A DNA stretch of 56,893 nucleotides, counting the filler, from Platydemus manokwari (Eukaryota), in NCBI GenBank assembly GCA_037951405.1. It is 4 parts of 4 records of this genome, joined end to end, with 100 filler letters (N's around TTAATTAATTAA, not from the genome) between each part and the next. Parts side by side here need not be neighbours in the genome. Positions count along the whole stretch, not along the records: positions 44,551 to 56,893 come from JBBMOY010178896.1; 3 more parts are not named here. One strand, given 5' to 3'. Positions 51,152 to 56,893 of this stretch are shown one piece after another. The position numbers and the translations under genes were made by a program. The notes below the pieces were generated by a model. That model saw only the letters and a list, made by a program, of their open reading frames with translations, ran no database searches and had not been told where the DNA came from. Positions within the stretch are counted from its first letter, which is position 1. Each line of letters starts with the position of its first letter.

Positions 51152-52052
51152 ATGATGAATAAAATATTTTGGATTATCATTATTTTGAGTTTTTCCCATC
51201 AGACTTTGGGGTTTTGTAAGTTATTGATGGATTTTCTTTGCTATCGTGTTGTGTATGCAGATAATTTTATCGTCTCTTCCATTAATTTCAGGTCTCCAAT
51301 ATCACCCATTCACAATTATCGTTCGGGAAAACGAGCCGTTATCGTTGCCCTGTTTCACCAATGCTCAAACAACCTCAACGAAATGGATCAAATACGATTC
51401 CGATTTCCGACCGAAGCTGTTGTCAAACAGCAGCAATTAGTAGGATTTTTCTGACAATCACGCGACAACCAATGTTAATGATCACCGATTTCATTTCAGT
51501 TCCATCAGCCCCAACGGAATGATGGTGGTGAAAAATATTAAAGCTACGCAATCATATTATCAGTGTGCAATGTTCTTTGAACAGACAGTCATTTTTGAAA
51601 AGGTTCTCCAACTCGTTACCATTGGTAATGGATTGTGATGAATGTTTTGTAAATCGATTGAATAATGAAAATTCTCCATTAGGATCATCATCTCCAATCT
51701 ATCATCATCAGTACCGTGGATCGATGATGGAATTTATCGACCCATTCACGTTTCAGAGCGGCTTAATATCGAATAGGGATTTGAAATTGATGTTGGTATT
51801 ATTAGATGTGTTTTGGATATGTTGCCCATTTAACACCATTTGATCGTCATCATTATAGATGGTTGATGTGGAGCGATAATAAACTGTATAATATTTCCAC
51901 ATCCAAAGATGTCAATGCGTTCGACCATAGCGTTTCACTATATCGATTGCCTGTCACAAATGATGTCAGTTTGGTTGCCTGTCTGATGGAGAACGAATCG
52001 AATAAAATATCGATCTGTGAACAACCACGATTTATTCGATCAGCTCGGCTTG
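51152..52052 (+). CDS. Signal-peptide, immunoglobulin-superfamily cell-surface or secreted protein (first five exons; 3' part unresolved)
   Basis: Exons 51152-51215 (MMNKIFWIIIILSFSHQTLGF), 51292-51439 (TIIVRENEPLSLPC...TKWIK), 51500-51624 (ISPNGMMVVKNIK...YYQC), 51683-~51791 and 51859-52052 (WLMW...VSLYRL...VACLMENE). Ig pattern C...W...YxC. GT-AG introns of 58-76 nt; the exon-4 donor is the least certain. Confidence 0.7.
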
Positions 52053-52994
52053 GTGAGAATTGTTTGTATCGATTATCATATTTTATCGATTATTATCCTT
52101 CAAACATATTTGTTTCATATTTGCCATTTAATCAATTCAGTCATTTGTTTATATTGAATATTATATGTATGTATATGTTTTAATTGAGATATTTCCCCAT
52201 AATCATAAATGTCAAATCATTGTGACAGAAATACTCCCGGTTTATTGGGGAAAAATTACTTTCTAGTTTGACTATTATAATATTATTTCATTGATTATTA
52301 TTATTATTATTATGTTTGATCGTTATTATTTTATGTCAATTATTTCAATAATTATCGATTATTATAGTTCGGTAATATTTTATTGATTTTCTTTGATTTA
52401 ATTGTTGTATTTAATTGATATTACTTAGATAATTAAAATTGTTATTGATTATCTTCCGTTAATATTTAATGAACGGTTTTAATAATGCTGAATAATATCT
52501 GGTAATATTTGATAAAAAACGTATTAAATACTTTTTTTAAGAAAGTCAAACCACAAAGTATATTTAATCAATATATTCAAGCAAATCAAATGAATCGTTT
52601 ACAACTTTTAATATAAATATATTTTCCATTTAAAATTATTATTTTAATATTAATTTATTTGAAAATTTTCGAGTTCATTCTTTCTATAAAATATTTGATT
52701 TTCTTCATATTTCTTCATATAATCAAAATCTCAATTTATTTTCTATGTTCTCTATCTGAAATTCTCTTTATATTCTTTATGTTCTTTGTATCGAATTTTC
52801 CATATATTTATCTATATCTATTTATTCTCCATATCTTCTATTTACTTCTGTCTATCTTCTTATAAACCAATCGAAATGCGTGATCACTGCTAGTGAAATA
52901 CGAATTGAAAACGAATTTAAGAACTTCGAACCACATAAATATATTTCATTAAATTTTTCAAAAAAAATTGAATTGACCGCTTATTCTCGTATAA

Positions 52995-53544
52995 TATATG
53001 ATTGGAACCAAAGTCTTGTCCGATAGATAATAATATTTATTTAACCAATAAATAAAATATATAAATTGAGAAATATAAACAAAACAGCATTCGTTTGTAA
53101 ATCTAAAATGTTGAAAATAGTCACATTTAAGGTGCACACACTTTTGCCAGCGTTCTGGAAGTTGTTTTATGTCATTTTCGTAGAATTCCGCAGGTTTTGA
53201 AGCGAATCACTTTTTCAAATCATCGTTAAGCTCTTCAGCGGAGTGATACGTTTTCCGACGGTGTGAGTTTTTCATAGGATAAAATAGGTAATAGTCTGAA
53301 AGAGCAAGGTCTGGGAAATATGGTGGATGCGATATTACCGTAAATGGTAGCTATCTGAAACCAATATCTAATTATAATATAGAAATTAAATATTTTAAAA
53401 AGGATCTAATAATCCATTTAACCGAAGCATTTCTTCATAAAACATTGGATTTTTTCAGACGGTTGATGTTTTGTTTATATTTCTCAATTTACACATTGTC
53501 TTTATTGGTTAAATAAATATTAATTTCTTCGTTCCAATCTTATA
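52995..53544 (-). mobile_element. Non-autonomous mariner-derived element with long inverted ends
   Basis: Minus-strand remnant at ~53335-53105: HPPYFPDLALSDYYLF...FASKPAEFYENDIKQLPERWQKCVHLKCDYF (mariner YSPDLAPSDY..LPERWQKCV). Ends TA-ta(t/a)gattggaac inverted; inverted block 53031-53089 vs 53464-53522. Confidence 0.85.
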
Positions 53545-54707
53545 AATATATTCGCAATGACTATTAAATATAATATTAACGATCCCAATTGTGTGCCACA
53601 AGAATAGATTGTATTCGAAGTCACAAAACAAGTAGTTGTAAAATGATATGAAGTGACCAATCATTTTTCATCTATCGATGGATGAAAAATGTTGCATTTG
53701 GTAGTGATGGGGATGGTATACATAACTATACCAGTTTACCATAAAATTAACTGTTGTGAATAGGTATGGTTTAATCAACGTTTTCGAAATGGATACAGAC
53801 GACGGTTTAAACTGTTATCTCATATAATCGATATCATTTAATCTTCCAAATGGACTTGATTTTTATTTTGATTTCGACTAATATCCTTAATTGGAGATTC
53901 CACGATTTCAAATGTATCTATTAATACGATTTCGTTATTTTTGATGATTAAAACAATCATATTAATGAGACAAATACGCCAGCAAATCGACGGAAAGAAT
54001 ACAATATCAGTAATTTCTTCTAAAAATATTAGAGATCAATTAAAAATCGTTAAACGTAAACAAAATTGTCTTCAAATCAGCATTGATTTACGGTCACCAG
54101 TGTATGCTAATAGACTATGGATAATGGTTTCGGGTTTTTTTTGAAGTGGAGTTAATCATTTGATTAATAATATTACCAAGCGGATTATGAGAATGTGAAA
54201 AGGAAATAAAAATGATATCGAAAAAATGATAAATGGTAATAATAACAATAATGATTGTTATTATTGTTATTCCACTCTGACAGCTACGCATAAATAACAA
54301 CAAATGACAAACTATCAATTAAGTAGTTGACAATGTCTGCGGAAACATCATCCAGGTGATGGTCGCCAATTCCTTATTAATAAACGAGTGAACGCGCATT
54401 TATCAATCGTTTCATAAACCGAAACTTCCGCTTTGTAGACTATTGGCGGCTTGATGCAAAGACATTGGGTTTATGATACCGATGCAGTCAATGGTTACCG
54501 TTGCAAGATTTAACAAATAAAGTCACCTTGTTCCTTTTCATTGAATGCCTGGATAATGAGTTCTCGAAATTACACATTTATATTTTTATAACGCACTGCA
54601 ATTTTCAGTATTTTTAAATGAAGCGTGAGCAATTGATTGAGAGATGACAATGGGCTTCGAACCCACCAATTATCGATTTGTAAAATATTGGATTTGTGGT
54701 TCTAATG

Positions 54708-54812
54708 CAGAGGTGGCCAACTTTTGTGTACGTAAGATCGACTTTTCATTTGAATAACATCTCACGAGATAGACTAAAATTGACTTCAAGATCGACCGGT
54801 TGGCCACCCCTG
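54708..54812. mobile_element. 105-bp hAT-superfamily MITE
   Basis: TIRs CAGAGGTGGCCAAC / GTTGGCCACCCCTG (13/14 match). Perfect 8-bp TSD TTCTAATG at 54700-54707 and 54813-54820. Confidence 0.9.
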
Positions 54813-56519
54813 TTCTAATGGATACTGATGAGTAGAAATGATTGTCGATAAATGTTGGAGTTGCTTGTTTCTCAAACAGCAAACCATTATATCACTTACA
54901 TGGTGACCATTAACAAATACCCGAATTAGGATAATAAATAAAGAAAAAGAATAGCGTGTATCGAGATGTCGAATACCAAAAGAAGACACCTCGTTAAAAA
55001 TCTAACTTAAATTGTTGTTGATATATCATGTCATGTAAATTACCTTTTAATTATTATTTCACTAAATGTAGTAACCTAACGCTCGCTTATTACTTTTCTG
55101 ATTCAGTCCGAAATTGTAATTCAATTTATTTGTGCTTGGCATTTCTATTTTACCAATGGATTTCATCAAAGATATCACAACATTGCAAATTATCTTCGCC
55201 TACCAAAAAACTTTTCATTTTCCGCTGTCTTCTTTCGTACATTATTATGATTTTGGTTTCCAGAATAATTTCGTTCCTGTTGCATGTGTTCCCTTAATAG
55301 TCGATATTTATTTATTTGCAATTCTAATAGATTTCATAATTCACAAAAATATCGATTAACATTTAGAAATTTTGGTTTTGTAATTCACTATTTTTGAAAA
55401 TCATTCCTACGGGTATGATCGATAAAATAGATTTCATTTCAATTCATCAATAAATTTCCCACATAATCAAGTGCTGTCACACAAGTTTTATAAGAGAAAA
55501 AAATGATTTCAGTATCATATGACTCTGGCATTTCCGCTAACCCGATGTCTGGATTGAACGATCGTCTTCCTCGATTGGAAGTTTTATGAAATCTAAAAAT
55601 TGTAATTAAAAGAGATTTTACCGATGAAAATCCGTACGTAATCAGTGGCTTTGAAATCTTTCATTGTATTACTGAAAGTTATCGGAGCCATGAAACTAGA
55701 AAGCAAACGAGACAGCCATTACTAGACAGTTTTCGTGATGTGATTATATATATAAGTATTGTCATACTGGAATAGTGATAAAACCGAAAGTTCTTTCTGT
55801 CAGTTTAATGTTCTTCTACCCGTTGTTTACAAATTGATAAAGCACTGATAACACAGTTTATATGGATTTATTCATTACCTCAAAAAATTGGCTTAGGAAA
55901 TATATTTTTTTCCCATCTATTTATACTGATAAAATCGAATTCTGTTGAAAAATCTATTGAGACTTATTAATAAATATAAAAATATATATTTATTATTTTA
56001 TACTATTAAATCAAGCCATACATGTTAAATTATGAATATCGGTGCTTGTAAAATATGAAGGTAAACACGGAACGCGTCGATAGAGCGGGCTGTCATAGAT
56101 TTTCTTATCTAATGTTCCAATTCACGAATTATAAAACCAACAGCTGTGATTCCTAACAAGCGAAATATCTTCAAATTGCGCAAATGGGTTTGTGAAATTT
56201 GTCAAATAAAATTGAGTTAAAAATGAAATTATTAATGGGAAATTGGGAGGGGGGAAATGCGATAATATCCCTTTCCAATAATGAATATGATTTCCAAAAT
56301 GGAATTGCTTTTGATTCTTATTTTATTTCCATTTATTACCGTCAAGGATATCTCATTCGCTTCCTATCATTAAGGGAAATATTTTTGTAACATAGTTTCC
56401 GGTTGGTTAAATCGTAAAAAATAATGATTTTGGAATCTAAAGCAATGTCAATTTGGTTCCGGTATTATTATTATACAGGAAGGTATGTCATATATTAATT
56501 TGAACTAGAAAAACTGTTG

Positions 56520-56893
56520 CAAATATAATCTCAAATTATTATTAAGTATTATTATTACAATTATTAATAATATCATATTTGTTATTGTTATTGATTTTAT
56601 TATAATAATAATAAATTAACTAATTAATTATTATGTTTATTAGACTATTTACAGATAAATTATAGTTTATTAAGGATATAATAATAACTATTATTATTGT
56701 ATTGTTTATAATGGTATAAAAGTTAGTTATAAATAATCATTGAACTTATTATTATTACTATTATTGTTATTGTTATCTTCATTTTTATCAGTATTATAAT
56801 CATTGGGATTTATCTCTACATCACTATTAATATAGTTTAATAATATTATCTTTGACTTATTCAGTTTATTATTACTGGACATCTAGTATTATG
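56520..56893. repeat. ATT/TAA-rich low-complexity tract
   Basis: Degenerate (ATT)n sequence to the end of the window. Confidence 0.7.

Noticed and set aside
55190-55292. Minus-strand ...RKKTAENEKFFGRRR* as an amidated neuropeptide precursor end
   Set aside because: I could not build a signal peptide or a phase-compatible upstream exon chain; it is a single motif and may be chance.

Overview
AT-rich eukaryotic draft-assembly DNA with short (about 43-100 nt) GT-AG introns, ATT microsatellites and many decayed transposons. This style is consistent with a planarian-type flatworm genome, but that is inference only. Three artificial linkers (44 N + TTAATTAATTAA + 44 N) split the window into four segments whose adjacency is not guaranteed, and a plain 100-N gap lies inside a gene. 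Supported genes: (1) a 3-exon MFSD4-like MFS transporter (16546-18120, +); (2) a cobalamin-trafficking MMADHC/cblD homolog (40591-41260, -); (3) the 5' part of a signal-peptide Ig-domain protein (51152-52052+, +); (4) one exon of a probable CD20/MS4A/sarcospan-like membrane protein (12538-12996, +); (5) a 6-exon secreted protein of at least about 1,525 aa (26147-30936, -). Gene 5 is the most striking feature. Its C-type lectin-like domain is split in two: the N-half follows the signal peptide, the C-half forms the last exon, and more than 1,300 aa of tandem helical repeats plus a furin-type RMKR site lie between them, in the lectin long-loop position. Mobile DNA includes a decayed Tigger/pogo transposase, a zinc-finger + Ulp1-protease (NeSL-like) fragment, a mariner-derived element, a 105-bp hAT MITE with a perfect 8-bp TSD, and several dispersed repeats.
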